From: Lama glama | Lineage: Eukaryota | Assembly (NCBI GenBank): GCA_028534125.1 | Contig: CM052816.1 | Span: forward strand, 55,368,001-55,432,000 | DNA length: 64,000 nt | Reading direction: 5' to 3' | In this document: in pieces, positions 10,717 through 25,704 of the stretch | Numbering within the stretch: position 1 is the first letter of the stretch | Layout of the letters: each line of letters opens with the position of its first letter | Position numbers and translations under genes: made by a program | The notes under the pieces: model-generated | The model's input: only the letters and a program-made list of their open reading frames with translations | Databases searched by the model: none | Told to the model about the DNA's origin: nothing

Positions 10717-13700
10717 AAGGGGCCTCTGGGGCTCTCTCAGACCGTCTGCCCAGATGCCTCGTGCTCTATTTCTGTTCTATTGCTTTGCTGGATCCTAGGA
10801 CTCCTCTAGGTGCTTGACACATGGCCTGGCTTCATTTAGAAAGCAAAGCACTGCCTTTGGAAACTCACAACTGTATGTGGTTTGGAACACACACATGCCT
10901 CTGATCTTCCACACTGGGTTCAGCTCCATTTGGGAGTCAAAGCACAAGACCCTTCCTCAGAGATACTCACTGGTATCAAACTCTTTTGCTCTGCAACTCT
11001 CATCTCCTACCTCAAACTGCAGGACCCGTAACTCCTCTCCAACAGGAAAAACAAGCTCTGACATCCACATGAATTCTTTCTGTGTTAATGATAAGACTTT
11101 TATGCACCGAGTCCTTCAGAATCTTAGCTCTTGATATTCAAAAATCAGGATTTTGAAATCAAAACTTTTTCTTCAAACTGACTCAAGTTCATTTTGAACC
11201 TCAAACCTGAGAATTGATTCCTTTTTTTTCCTCTCTACTATAACACTGCTTCCCAGAAGAAACTGATGCCTCTGGTCTACTGTAATTTAGGGGCGAAGGG
11301 AGGCAAAGGGATGAAAAGGAACTACTAAAAGGAATTTTTTAATGATTAACATATTAAAATGTTGTGTCTTATTCCTCAACTGTGAGGACTGCTTACCAAA
11401 GAATTTTGGTCCTTTATGGCCATACACACATTTAGTCTGACAGGAATGCAGCTTATAAGTACTGCTTTGACTCACATCAGCCTTTTTTTCCCTTACTTGT
11501 TGGCAATATCTGGCTATACATAATGTATGTTCATCAGAAACATTTGGTCTTCAATATTATTCATGTGACTTGGATTCAGAGCCACCAGATCTACGGAATA
11601 CGCAGATAAAAAGTAGAGCCAGCCTATTCAGCATATTCCAGTACTAGCCAGGAAAACTCTGGCACTAAGCAAGAAAAACAAAAATGGGAAAGATGTATGT
11701 GTTTAAGAATTATGAATTGGGTATCATTCTTTGAAGCAAATATGAAAGCAAAAATTACCAGTAGCAAAGCTCATTAGTTCTTTCAATGTCAACTGAAGTG
11801 CCATGAATCCCTTCTGTCTTCCCAAGAATGTTTTGTTACACTTGATAATTTTATCTTATTGAAATTAACTAAAATAACTCTGAAAGAAACTTCTATTATA
11901 CAGCTGCAAGCCTTGGAGCAGATGTAAATTTGGGAAAGCTCAGTGAGGATAATTTATCCGTGTCAAGCTACCCTGGCCTGTAATTCTTTTTTTAAATTAC
12001 ATATAACTTTGATCAAAGTGAATATTGCTATTTTCTATCAAGCACAGTTAAATGGGACCTATATGGGAGACATTTCAACCTGAAACTCAAAGAAGCCCTG
12101 ATGTTAGTGTTTCAATAATTTCAATGTTCAGTAATTTTGTACAGAGTCCTACTGTCTCTGGCTTAGATATGAGTCAAAGAAAGAAAAAAGAAACCCAAGT
12201 GGTTCATAGAAACCTAAGATTGAGAAGTCATCCAGTTCATAAGAAGGGTCATATTTCAAACCAACCCAGGGGATGATAAATCATCCTGGTTTTTTTTTTT
12301 AAAATAACCTTCTCAAATTGCTTATTCTTAAGAGTCTATGTTCTTTGTGTTTAAAAAAAATCTTTCCTATTCATAAAATCAATATACATGTTTTTAAAAT
12401 GTACATAATATTGCAACTCATAAGGAGGAACTCTCCTTCTCCACCCCTATGATACTGGCACCCACTGCTAATAAGTGAAATATAAGCAGAGTTTGACCCT
12501 TGAGTCCATGGGTGTACCTGGGGTTCATCTGTTCAACTTCAGGGGCTGCCCTCCGGCACCCTGTTTGTGGAAGACTGGGAAGCCCGCAGGACGGAATGCT
12601 CCACGATGAGACTGATCTGCTGAGAAAAGCCTTCGTTGCTGGAGGGAAGGAGTGGTTCCAGGTGCTGCGTACGTGGTGTACAGGACTTGTGCGTTTGATC
12701 GCTCTCAGCCCTGGGAGTGGATGGGGGCACGCTGTGAGCAGGAACTGTAAAAGCAATTTCTCTAAACTCTGACACACTGGGGCCCAGGCAACACCGCTTT
12801 GAAACCCTTTTAGAGATTATGACAAAGGAGAGCATTCTGTCCTGGGGCCCTAAGGTGGCTTGAGGACATCTGTGATGGGCCTGGTGGAACAGAGGTCTGG
12901 CCTCAGTGCCCACTGGGCCAGCCTCCCTGGTGAGCACATGTGAAAACCTCCCACCTCCAGAAGTCTGAGGTTTATTTGGAACTTTGTTTTTTCACCCCCA
13001 CCCTGGAACACGTCTCATAAAAAGCTTAAGTTCTGTTTATTGCAGGAAAGCGGTAGAGCCAGGGAAATAAGAGTTTTTACTATTAGTGAAAACTCATTAG
13101 TCTCTACAGGCAGGCGAGAGCTATGAAAACTCATCAAATCATCATGATTTTTCATGTTACAGGAATTTCATTTTCTGGGGTGCTTTGTACCTTGCTTTCT
13201 TCATTTCACACTATGCAATGAAGTTTCCTATTTCATTAAATATTTTCCCTCAAAATGTGTTTTGGTTTTCTCCCAACTCGCAGATTTCCAGTTCTGATTC
13301 AGGTTGACCCTCCTCCTAAGTGAAGTAGCTTGATAAACTGGGGGGCAAACAACCAGACTTTGAATTAGAATATTTAGCTCTGAGTACCAGATCTATCACT
13401 TACTGCCTGTGTTATCTAGCCCTTCAGTTATTTAATGTATAAGTGGGAAAAATAATAGTATTTCACAGGACAAAATGGGGATTAGTGAAATATATATAAA
13501 GTACAAATATTTTAAACATCTATTATTTATCTATGTTTTTATAAGACTTCACACAATCCTTTTCCATGGCACACATTCTGTTTTTCAGTGATCTGTTCTC
13601 ATGTCCGCTTCTTCCACTAGACTGTGAACTTTCTGAAGGGATGAAGGACTTGCGTTTGTATGCCTGGAGCCTACCACAATTTCTGACCCACAGCCAACAC

Positions 13701-15266
13701 TAGATGATTACTTCTTGAATAAATGGATAAATAAATGAACGGTACCAGATACCATCTTATACTTTACAGATTTAAAAAATAACCTCCTATATGTTATCTT
13801 ATCGAATGCTCACAGCAATCTTTGGCACAAGCTTGGTAGATACATGAGCCTCTGAAACAAAATGCTGGGGGAGCCCCAAACATCTGACACCCTCTGTTCT
13901 TTGCTGGTGGTGTCTTCGCTGTTGACAGATAAAAGTGGGCCCAATCTTTAAACCATGGTGTTAGTACCACATCTTTGTTCTCAGTGCCTCGATATGCTCT
14001 CCTCCTTCAGAGCTCTGGAAGTCTGCTCTCAGGATGCCTGCTCTGCCCTCAGCCCCTTTCTAAAGAGTCCAAGGATTTTTGCTTAAGAAAGTGGCTATAG
14101 CTAATTCCTTATACTTGTAAGCCTACATCTTGTACTACATATATCCATCACTTGACTATATGTTTTGGACCAGGAGAGGGACCTAATCGCAGCAGTCTGA
14201 GTGGTAGATGAGGAGCCAAGAAGAGGCACTCGGAAAGGGCAGCCTATAGCTCCTCACACACAAAATGATACCAAGAGCTGTCCTGCATCAGACATTTCTG
14301 TGATGATCAAGTTCTTCCTCTAATTTCTCAAAATTAGCTTTTTTTCCCCTTAGAGTCTCCATTTTCACCAAGATGCAACATTTGCTTAATTAAAAAGCCA
14401 CAGAAAGTTATTTGTCATTGAAGTGACAATAAATATGTCACTAGCATTCTGTTCATCTTCCTATAAATTACAGAATACAAAGGAAAAAGAATATAAAGCT
14501 GCAGCTTTTACTTCTTCTAGAGACATGGAGAAGAAATTTGTTTGGGTTTACTGCCTTCATCCAAGTGTCGGAGTGTTTTTTGGGGCAATTGTTAGAAGGC
14601 TACTGTTCTCCGAGTAGCACAACATGGTACAATCCCAGCTCCCACAAGTAACTGGCTCTGTGACCTTGCATAAGCCACTTAGAATATCACTATGTCTTCA
14701 TTAAACAAATATTTTTTTCCAGTTTTACTATGTCCCAGGCTGTGTGCTAAGATCTGGATATAGTGGCAAGTAAGATACAATCATTCCCTTCTTTGGCCTT
14801 ATGATGTAGTAATGTCTTCAGCCTCAGAATAAGGCAGTAATAGCTACTTTCCAAGGTTGTGATGTTTATTACATGTAGAAAGTTCCTGATTCGGTGCCAG
14901 CTCTGTGGTAAATATCCCTTTAATGTTATTTCTCTTCTCATTTCTCTTTTAACAGCGTTCCAGCTATATTTCACTCTGGATATGGCTCAGCATTTCAGAG
15001 TTTATATACAGACAGACAAAAATGCTATGCATACCTGTCACATACTCATGCTACCTTCTAGTGGCTAAGTTTTCTACTTTTTTTGTTTTTTAATTTTGGA
15101 TAGTAGCAGGGAGTAAGGTATTGTCCTGGACATCTTTAAAAGAATCTTTTTAGATTTAGCACTTAAAATATGCTATTTTTAAAGTCTACCTTAATCTTTA
15201 TCTTAAGCAGATGTTGAAACAAGGATGGAAGTGCCAATAGTTTCATTGGGAGGTTAAAGAAAAACC

Positions 15267-15965
15267 TGTTTCTCTACGCACAACACTTCTGACACCAAAT
15301 GTGTGGGTTTTCCAAACCAAGCAATTCTCCAATTTTCTGCAACCACCAACTGCATGTTCTATAATTTAATTCATTCTAAAACTCTACCTGGAGTTAATGC
15401 AGACACCACTGGTGAAGAGCTGAGTCCCACAAGTCTGCCCCTCACCCCCATGTCAGGTGCCAGTTGCAAGTCTGGGCCTCCCATTCTTCTGACTGACTGG
15501 TTATAAATTGGGAGTTCCCATGACTCCCTCCTCCAGTTCAATAATTTGCTAGAATGGGTCACAGAACTTGGAAAACACTTTACCTACTATAAATTTATCA
15601 GTTTATTATAAGAGAAGTAACTCAGAAAGAGCCAGATGGCAGAGATGTATAGTGCAAGGTCTGGTGAAAGGGCACAGAGCTTCCAGGCCCTCTCCAGGCA
15701 CCATCTTCCCAGTACCTCCACGTGTTCACCAACCTGGAAGCTCCTGAAACTCTTAATTTAGGGGGTTTTTATGGAGGCTTCTTCACATAGGCATGACCGA
15801 TTACTGACTCAGTCTCCTCCCCTTCTACCCTCCCCAGAGGACGGGGGTTAGGGCTAAAATTCCAAACTTCCAATCAAGATTTGGTCTTTCTGGTGACCAG
15901 CAGGTATCCTAAAGCTCCCAGGAGCCCACCCAGAGTCACCTCATCAGAATAAAAGATGCTTTGTC
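15267..15965 (-). mobile_element. ERV solo LTR, MER21-like
   Basis: cacaacacttctgacaccaaatgtgtggg...gtcccacaagtctgcccc...ttcaataatttgctagaatgg...ttggtctttctggtgaccagc. Confidence 0.75.
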
Positions 15966-18900
15966 ACAACAGCAAGATTTCTCCCATGTTGTATATCTCA
16001 GAGGTATGTAATCTCCAGGTTTTGTTCGAATCCTCAGGACTATTTCTGAGGAGAATCCAGGATCTTTTTTTTTTTCTCCCGGATGTTCAGATGAGGGATG
16101 GTATTTCTAAGAGCTCTGTTCCTGAGACACAGGGCAGGGAAGGTTCACCAATCTTGGTTTCCTCCAACTACTTTTCAACACATACAACCTGCAGTTCTGG
16201 AGCCCAGGAAGTCTCCAGGAAGTTCAGTGGAACCATTCCCACTAGAAGATGGAGTCTGGGATCAGTCTTGCCATGCTACATATATGCATGTGCATGCAGC
16301 GAACTTGGACACTCACAAGCTTCCAGAACTACAGCCCTCTGCCACCCCACAAATGCCCTCGTGTCTGTCCTTCCGGTCTTTCTGATTATCTCCCCATCTT
16401 CCAGCACCTTGACCTAAGCCATTTATGAGCGCACTTGCCTCAGACCTGAGATTGTTTTGCTCTAATTTATACCATCCAGTGTAGGTTGGATCTTTTCTCC
16501 CAAATGCAGTAGATTATGTAGAAGCATGATAACTTCCCTACCTGATTTCAAACATGGTCAATTTCTGGAGACTCCAGAGTTATGTCCCACTCACTGGATC
16601 AGATACTGGGGTCTTCAACACTGATCAAATACATTTTCACCCTGCTCCTTAAGACACTGTCATTTGGGAAACCCTACCGAACTGAATTCCTGGGCTGGGT
16701 CCAAATACCTGATATCTTTCTCTTCCACCAACCTGCTCCTATGGTCCAGCATGTCTCACAGAAAACCTGGTTTGAATTGACTAGGAGTGGACAGAAGCCT
16801 GGTTCGGACTGACCTAAAGCGGATCAGGGCCATTCTTGGATTCTCACCTTCATGGCTTCCACTATATCCTAAATCAAATGTACTCTCTCGCCATATGGGA
16901 AAGAGAGAATTTGGCCAATACAGAATTTACTCCAGTCCACCTGGCTTGATCTTCCTCTTGGGTAATGTAATTCTGGAATATAGTCCAAAATCTATTAAGC
17001 TAAAGTATATTACTTTGGCTTTATTCTGAAATAATTCTGCAGAAATTTTCTGCAGAAAACTTTTTAAAACATCTGCCTTTTTCAGTTTGTTTTCTCTCTT
17101 CTACTTGGCTGAATGTTACTTAAGGATGAGAAGGGAAATAGTGGGGCCTTGCAGTTTCCATCCAAGGACTTCCATTGAATAAAGTCTAATGAAATGATAT
17201 GAACAAAAACAAGGTCACAGTTGATCATATTCCATACACTGGATACACCTGATCCAACAGTATCATAGTTTTTGACATTTTTCACAGCCAATGGATATGT
17301 TCTTTTTTCCACTCAGTAAGGAAATGAAACTACTTGAGAAACATGAGAAAAGATGGAATCAATCAAGTATTTGCTGAGCCTGCTGTGTGCATTTGTTCAC
17401 TCATTCCACAAATATTTATGGAGTGCCTGCTCTGTGACAGTCACCGTCAGAGATGCAGCAACAAGTAATAGGGCATAATCCTACAGCTGTGGGGTGGCCT
17501 GGGCAGGACACACTTAGATTAAACAGGGGTAATTCTTGTGTCTGTGGATGGACCATCCAGGCTCCATGGTACTCTGGTGGTGGTGGTGGTGGTGATAGTA
17601 TGATTCTTTGTGATTTTATGTCTTTTGTGAGGGGTGTGGTGAAATAGGTCTAATTTTACCAACTGTTATGTTGGGAAGTCAAGGAGGATAAATGAAAGTG
17701 ATAAGAGAGAAAATAATTAGTTTACACATTTAGGAGAGTGACATCACAAAGATGGTAGCATTGGTCATTCCCAACTTAGCTTCCCCTCACAAGAAGAACA
17801 ACTAACAACTAACATGGACAAGACACCACTGAGAAAACCCTAGAACATACTTAACAGTGGCTTGGGCTTAGAGGAAAAAACAGGCTACAACTAAAGGTCA
17901 AAACGTGTATTTATTGCTATGTGTGCTCTCCTAGGGTCCCAGTGGTGACTTAATGGAAAGAGACTGAAATCCGAAACAATTTTACCACTCAACAGCAATG
18001 CTAAACCAACAAAATGCCTCTGAGAACAAACCCTCCTCCTCTACCTTTAGCCCACTTGTTGTCTCCCTCTTGCAGATGACTCTCTCCCACAGGCATACCA
18101 TTTTCCAGTCCTCACACTCCCACAGCACATCAGCAGAAATGAGTGTGCACTCCGCAACTGCAATTAGCCAGTCGCTGAGACCGTGCAGATCCACTCACCT
18201 CCCCCGTTCAGACTAAGTGACATTATAATAGCATCTGTGGGACCAGAGAAGAGGCAAGCAGAAACACAGATGCTTCTGCCGCCTCCAGATAAGAAGAGCA
18301 GTCCTTAATGTCTTACCAGGGAAACAGGGAGAGCATTCAGGACCCTGACACACACAGATGGGCCATCATTTCCAGTCCAATCTGGCCACATCTTGCTGTG
18401 GTCAGCACTGCACTGTGGAACAGTGTGGGCCTTCAGGAAAGAGGAGTAGAGGGTTGGTCAGCAAAACCAATTTTGGAGCCAATGCTGCTGCCTCCAGCTT
18501 CTGAGTTTCTACATCTCTGCCCAGGAGGGACAGTATCATCCACCTTCTTACTTCCCAGCACAGGAATAAAATCACATGGCATAATATGTCAGTGTGTTTT
18601 TGCAAATCGAAAAGCATGATGCCTATAGGAACCACTAACACTGAATGACATTGTTTAATATCAAAGGGGATTTTAAGTACAAAATGACGGAACTTTGCAG
18701 CACTTAATTATACAAGATGATACTGAAAATCTCTGCACTGCTGGAGAAGTTATCTAGCACCTGAAGAAGGATTGTCAGAGGCTGACTACTGACAATGATG
18801 GATCTACAGAGTTGGAGGAGCAGATAAAACAGGGACAGACAGAATTATGGAAAAGGCTCAGTGGTTGGCATAACCAAATCCAGATGTCCATGGAAGGAGA

Positions 18901-19079
18901 GGAAGGGAAATTGTTGGGATTAAAATCCTCTAACAAGCCCTGAGTTGCTAGTCAGGTAAGAGTTCTCTTCCCAACCCTGCAGCCAGAGCAACTCACAGGT
19001 AACCAAATCAAGGGGCAGGTTGGGTCTCACCATTTCCCTTTTCACCTGGCCCATACAACCAATTCATGTAAATTATTAC

Positions 19080-19485
19080 TGGAAACACCCCAAACATCTG
19101 CCAACTGATGAATGGATACAATGGAATATTATTCAGCTATAAAAAGAAATGAGGTACTGATACCTGCTACAATGTGCATGAACCTTGAAAACATGCTAAG
19201 TGAAAGAACTCAAACCAAAGGGCCACACAGTATATGATTCCATCTGTATGAAAAGTCCAGAACAGGCGAATTCATGAGACAGAAAGTATATAAGAGGTTG
19301 CCTTGTGCTGGAGGAAGACGGGAATGAGGAGTGACTGTTAATAGGTAGTCTTCTAAAGGTGATGAAAATCCTCTCAAATCAACTGTGGTGATAGTTACAC
19401 ATAATCTGTGACTATACTAAAAACTACTGAATTGTATATTTTAGATGAATTGTATGGTATATCCCAAAGAGCTCCATAAAGCTGT
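19080..19485 (+). mobile_element. L1 (L1MB/MC-like) 3' end
   Basis: caatggaatattattcagctataaaaagaaatgaggtactgatacctgctacaatg...gaaccttgaaaacatgctaagtgaaaga. Confidence 0.85.
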
Positions 19486-20511
19486 GATACAAGTCATGCT
19501 CCTTCCTGACTCATTCCCAGCTAACACTAGCACTCTCCAGTTGAGGCCAAGAGCATCACACAGTTAAATCCCTCTTTCCCAGGAACGTACCTACTAAGAG
19601 AGGAAAAGGAGCAGGAACAAGGCAGGGATAGGGCTCAGAGACCTTACTGAAGGTCCATGGTGGTGGTTCTAGGTTTTGGCTTCCTCAAGGCATAAGTTTA
19701 ATATTCTGCCTTCCTTCAAGCCTTTATTAAATTACAGCAATTTAGATATTTTGCTTCATCTGTTTTCTTTCCTGGTTTCTCAGAATCAGACTTAAAAAAA
19801 CAAAAATGAACCATCCACCTGACTTCCAAAATCTATGATGGTTAAAAGAGGCTCCGTCTCAGCTAGGGCCAACCCTGGTCCCCAGCAGCAACGACGAGCT
19901 GACATTTCTGCACAAACCCACAGCTATGTCACCTTTGCTCTCACATACGTCAGATAACAAGTGTCCCACCTACCGAAGGGGAGTCATTCCTATTACGCTC
20001 TCTCACAGGGCTCTCTTCCTTCTTAGCACTCATCTCAGTTTTCTATGGGTGTTTGCTTATCTCCGCCTCCTCCATTAGCCTGCAGGTGTCACCACAGTGT
20101 AGAAACCTGACAGTGAAGCCCACCTTGGCCACTGCACACTGCACCTGGCACAGAGCCTGGCAGAGGCCAGACTTTCTGTGAGCATTTGCTGAAGAATAAT
20201 TGAACCCTGGTGTGCCGCTTTGGAGGCGCACCAGTATCGAGAGCACTTGGTTTCTCTTAAGTAAGATTTCATAGTCAAGAGTCAGAGCGCCTCCACTTGT
20301 CTCCTTAATGAGAATGCATTTCCCCCAAGCATTCCTCCCCTTGGGTACTACTCTTCTTTTACGTGATATAGATAGGGTTAACCATACAGGCTTTGGGGTT
20401 GTTATTATGGCCACTTTGACTGGTTCAAGGTTGAGCACATGACCAAAACTGAGCCAGTCAGAGTCTTCCTGCAACTTCTCCACCAGCACTTTCTGGAAAG
20501 ATGCTCTCAGA

Positions 20512-20703
20512 CAGATTTTTTCAATATCAGCCCTGTTCAATTTTTGGTCAAGATAACTGTCTGCCTTATGCATTCTAGGACATATATCAGCATCCCAAAT
20601 AGATTCCAATAACATACCCTAGTTGTGATAACCAAAAAACGTTTCCAGAGATTGTCAAAAATCCCTTGGGGAGGGAAAAATTAACCCCAGTGAAGAACCA
20701 CTG
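20512..20703 (-). mobile_element. MER20 (hAT) MITE
   Basis: agttgtgataaccaaaaacgtttccagagattgtcaaaaatccc...gaagaaccactg. Confidence 0.75.
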
Positions 20704-21173
20704 CTGTAAGACGTGCCTGTGCAAACAAAATAAACTGGCTTTGCCTGCATTCATGTCCCCAGGGGCTCCTGGGAAGGAAGTGTCCAGGGAGAAGCCGTCA
20801 GCAAGAGGAGAGGATGAGGTCAAGAGAAAAAGAGAAGGAAAGCTGAGGGATGGGAAGAGACCTAATGGCATCTTCTAAATCTCACTTGGATGTGAGTTTT
20901 AGGTTATCTCTAACTAAGCAGACTCCTGACACGTATGTCGACATGTAACTACCTTCTCTGAAGCCAAGTATGACACCAGCATCTCTTCCAGAGTCACATT
21001 TGCCTATCCTAAGTGCAGGTGAGCTGGTTAAAAAGGCTCATGATCAGCCACAAACAGACACAAAAAAATGCTATCCACACGGGCATCTTTAACAATTTTT
21101 GTATTCTTCGTATCTTTTTGTACAATGTGGTACACAAAGTCACTGTTATCCAAAAGTAATTGAAGGATAACAT

Positions 21174-21619
21174 GTATGTTAGTTTCTAAGAGCTGCCTTC
21201 ACAATTTACCACAAACTAGGTAGCTTAAGAAGTGGAAATTTCTTCTCTCACAAGCCTAAAGGCCAGAAGTCTGAAATCAGGGTGTTGGCAGAATTGGTTC
21301 CTTCTGGAAGCTCTAAGGGAAAATCTGTTCCATGCCTCTCTCCTAGCTTCTGGCAGCTGCCAGCAACCCTTGGCATTCCTGGACTTGCAGCTGTATCACT
21401 CCAATCTCTGCCTCACATGGCCTTCTTCCCTGAGTGTCTGTGCATATGAGGTCTTCTCTTCTCATAAGAACATCAGTCATTGGATTTCAGGTCTACTCTG
21501 ATCCTGTATGACCACATCTTAACTAATTATATCTGCAAAGACCCTAATTCCAAATGAAGTCACATTCTGAGGTCCCAAGTGGATGTGAATTTGTGGAGGA
21601 CACTATTCAATTCACTACA
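21174..21619 (-). mobile_element. MaLR LTR, MLT1C-like
   Basis: ttaccacaaactagg...ggccagaagtctgaaatcagggtgttggcag...gtcacattctgagg...gacactattcaattcactaca. Confidence 0.85.
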
Positions 21620-23050
21620 GATGGCATAACAATACCTTATGTTAGAAAACTTTACAGCTAGCATTTTAAGAAAAGACATAGAGCAGGAAGGCACATGTTA
21701 CCTTTTTTTCAAGGATGCCTGAAGTGAAGAACTCTGAGCTCCACAGAGTAAGTTAGAGAACCACCTTACAGCGTCAGCTGGGAGACTGGAGACAGGTTGG
21801 ATTGCCTATCTGCAAATCACTGTGCCTTTCTTTGCCTCTCTTTAGTAGTCTGCCTCAAATTTTATCTGCAGCCTTAGCACGAGGGGCAAAATGCTGGTTA
21901 TATTGTCTCAAGAACCATCTTAATTTCCATTTGGAATTCTATCCAAAGCAATATAACACCACAGCCAGTCAAGAGAGTTGTTATTTCTTTTTCAAGTTTA
22001 TTTTGCAACATGGGTATGCATTTTTAAATGCATGTATTAATAAAACTGCCTACAAGATGATTTGTCCCAGAGGATAAGAACAAGGACTCCAGCAGAGTAC
22101 TAGCAGCCAAAAGCTTGGCATTTAAAAGTCAGTATGACCAGAAATTGACACAACATTGTAAACTGACTATACTTCAATTAAATAAATATATAGTATATAT
22201 AACCAAGCAATTGACAATTGAAAGTCTCCATAGATAAACATGTTTCTGATTTCTTGGCTCAAAAGCTACTACTGAGAAGCTTCAGCTTCTGATTCAATAT
22301 CCAGGCTACATAGGAGAATAATACATGTATCATTTGGAGTTTTCAGCCTCTTGAGATCTAGGTAAAATTGCGTCGTCTAATACAGTTCCTGGCCTTCAGG
22401 ACTCCAATACTTCTCCAAGGCAAGTGGATCTGAGAATCCCTGGTGTGTTTCCTCCATCTCCCAGGGAACTTTCTCACCTGACACCTCAATATACTCAATC
22501 AACTGAGACATGAAATCAGTTCACCTGTAGTTTTTCATAAACAAAATCTACATATTCTTACCCAAAATATTCTTAGTTTTTTAAGTATCTGGGATTCCTA
22601 GAAAGGGTTCTGATTGTGGATAGCGCAAGAAAGTGTTCCAGAAACCTCTATGAGCCATTCCTACTCCCCACAGTTTTTGTGCTCACCTTGCCTCTAAGAG
22701 CTCATCTTTTGTACCCTCCCCTCTCAGAGACCAGGCCCTTATCCTCCATCCTTCCCTTCTCTTCACCTCTTCTGTCACAAAAATGACCAATACAGCCCTC
22801 GCCTCATTCAAGTGAGTCCGCCATCTTTCCTCAAGTTCTGTCACCTGCTGATACCTATGCCTCTGGTCTCTAACCTTCTACTCCAAGTACTTATCCAGGC
22901 ATTTTTCCAAATATAATCCCCTCCCTGAGAGAAATTATCTTGCCAGATTTATTAAAAAAGTACAAGCTTTTTTACCAAGAGAAAAGAAAAGAATTATAAA
23001 TCTGACTGTCTAAGTACCTAAACCACATAAGGAGCCCATAGTATGTCCCA

Positions 23051-23144
23051 GGATGAAAGAGGGACAGTGTTGCAGGGTGGATTTAAAGTAGTCACTTGGA
23101 TGGAAGAGGGACGGTGTTGCAGGGTGGATTTAAAGTAGTCACTG
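23051..23144. repeat. 47-bp tandem duplication (2 copies)
   Basis: ggatgaaagagggacagtgttgcagggtggatttaaagtagtcactt / ggatggaagagggacggtgttgcagggtggatttaaagtagtcactg. Confidence 0.95.
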
Positions 23145-25704
23145 TCTATGGAACTCTCCCCTGTAAGATCTTGGCTACCAAGAGAGCTCGCCACAGTTCA
23201 CCTGAGTAGCCTCTTTTAGAGATCTTCCCATCAAGCAGGTCAGTAAAAAGGATAGTGACTGACATGACATAAACCACAGCAAGACCCAAACCAGGGGCAC
23301 TGGACAATACACGACACCAAAGAAGAAACAGAGCCCACTAGCCCCTGAGGTAAGGACTGGCATGTTAGTGCAAGGCCAAAATCAAGTCGGAAGAATAAAA
23401 GAGGTCAAATGTTACAAAAGGCAGGTAAAAGAGTTTTAACTTGGAGGCCAAAGTTTAAATCTGGGAAGCAGCTCAAGCAGTAAAACAGGTGATCAAATTT
23501 TATTGTGGGGGTCAGAGTTTATCTGGCTAAACTAGTTCTAATGGGCCAGCATGCCCAAGCCATTCTGGGCCTGTGACTTATCAGAGTTACCTCCTGGCAC
23601 CAGACAGATCTCTACAACACAAAATGGGTGGTGCCAACTCACAGTCTAGACACAGCCCTAATAAAGACAAAAAGGGAGAAGAAAATTTATTCTACAATTC
23701 AATTATGCCAGTCGATGGCACATTTCTTTCCCAAGTCACAAACACATTTACATAGTCTGAGACTGCGAGGCAGATACCTCAAAAATGAACTTCTGGATAA
23801 AAGAAAATGGATTTTAAATTGCAGAGGTAACATTTCTATTTCATGCCATCTGTTATAACTCAAGTTTCCAGCAAACAGATTATTCACCAGAAATGATGCA
23901 AAACAATGGAGGTCAAAATTATGTTATAAGAAACAAAGATATTAAAAAATGATGATAAATAGATAACTTTAAAAGTAATGAATCAATTTTTTTAACTTAA
24001 AATGTACTTAGAGATTATTGATTATGCATCAGTGTCCTTGGATGGGCTGAAATGATGATAAATTGAACATTTTCCTGAAATAAACCTAGAAATATGACTG
24101 CACATTGTACCTATTTTACAATTTTTCTAGCACTAGTACTAAAGTATGGGCATTTGCCTTAAGAATGCTCTACTCTGCAGAGTCCCTTTGAAATCCGAGA
24201 TGGTGGATAGAGGACAAAGGCTAAGGATTAGGAATCCTGGACATTTTGTGTTTCCTCCTTGCAGGCACTAGTCTTTGAATCTGATCGATACCCAGAATCT
24301 CAAAGTCCCTAGTTTTAATTACAATCAATTCCAGTTGCTGATTTGTGTCAGAAAACAATTAGGACTCCCTAAATTAGGGCTGGTACAAGTACCTCAGAAT
24401 CAAAAAGAATCAAAACATTCAGTCGACCATTCGGTGTGGTTAGGAACAAGAAAAAACAAAGCAAATAGGGTGAGATGCCTACCATTCATCCACTCAGCAA
24501 TGTTGTCCAGAGAAGGAAAGAATATTTCAGTAACATCTCGACTCTAATCTCTACACATGCCCAACCAAACACAAAATGGTAAGGGAAGCTTTCTTAACAT
24601 GACAGAAGCGGTCCTTGGGTGTCCTCATTCACCTGCACTGACAGTGATGCAGACGTCTAGCCCATGTCAGCAACAAGCCTTGTCCCACCCACACAGTGAG
24701 CAGGTCCCAGAGTCCAGAGAAATGAGTACCAGTGGCATCCTCGCTTAGGCAATTCCTATGCTTGTTTTATTAAACATCACAAGGGTCTCATCACAGGGGA
24801 GACTAAGCAAAGTGGCATATACTCTGCAGACCCCCAATTCAGGGGACAGCACATATATTCTCCAAGCAGGGGATCAACCTGGTGGCATCTTCCCAAGTGT
24901 TATCATGACATCACTTTTTCCACCTTCTCCTTTCTTTTATCAGTGGTGGAATAATGGAAACAAAAACAAGAAGTGTGAGCATTTGGAATTGTATGAAGGT
25001 AAGCATCGCCTTTGAAGGCTGCTAGGCTATTGCCACCTACTCCCAAAAGCAAGGCTGTTCCCACATACTTCCCCCACTCTGTCTAACCCAGGAGGAGAAC
25101 AAAGGTGACTGCACACTATCCTATGACTTCAACGCTGAATTCTGTATATAATACAGATTTGCTGCATGGGAGGATGTCTGCTAACATTCGCTCCTCTTCT
25201 GAACAAGCCTGCTTTGCACCTGCTTCGCAAAACATTGACCTAGGCAGACGGAGGAACAGTGGCACACTCCTTGAGTTCTGACTTCATTTTCATGCGTAAC
25301 TTAAAGCCTAACTTGTGTATGATTTTCATTAGCCAGGAACATGTGGCTCTCTTTAAATGCAACACGTTAGACAGCTCATAGGAAGTCAGGCGTCTCAGTT
25401 TACATATAAATCTGCAGTTCCTTAACTGTATAACCCCTAAACTTTCTAGGCCTTTCTTTCCTCAAAATTAGGGGGACTGGAATGCATTAGTGATACTCAA
25501 GATTAACCAGGCATTAGAAGCATGTGTGGAGCTTACAGAAACCCAGATGCCACTGGCCAATCCACTTAACCCAGCATCTCTCCAGCAGGACCCTCAGACG
25601 AGCGTCAAGCTTCCTTTCTGTTTTTCAATCCTTGAATGCTATGGCAATTGTGAAATGATTTATTCATTCAGAGTATACTTACGCAGTGTCTACTATGTGC
25701 CCAG

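Noticed and set aside
20043..20615. 190-aa minus-strand ORF
   Set aside because: Starts within MER20 and runs through other degenerate repeat-like DNA; no recognisable domain.
23051..23144. CRISPR-like direct repeat
   Set aside because: Only two adjacent copies with no spacer, in mammalian DNA.
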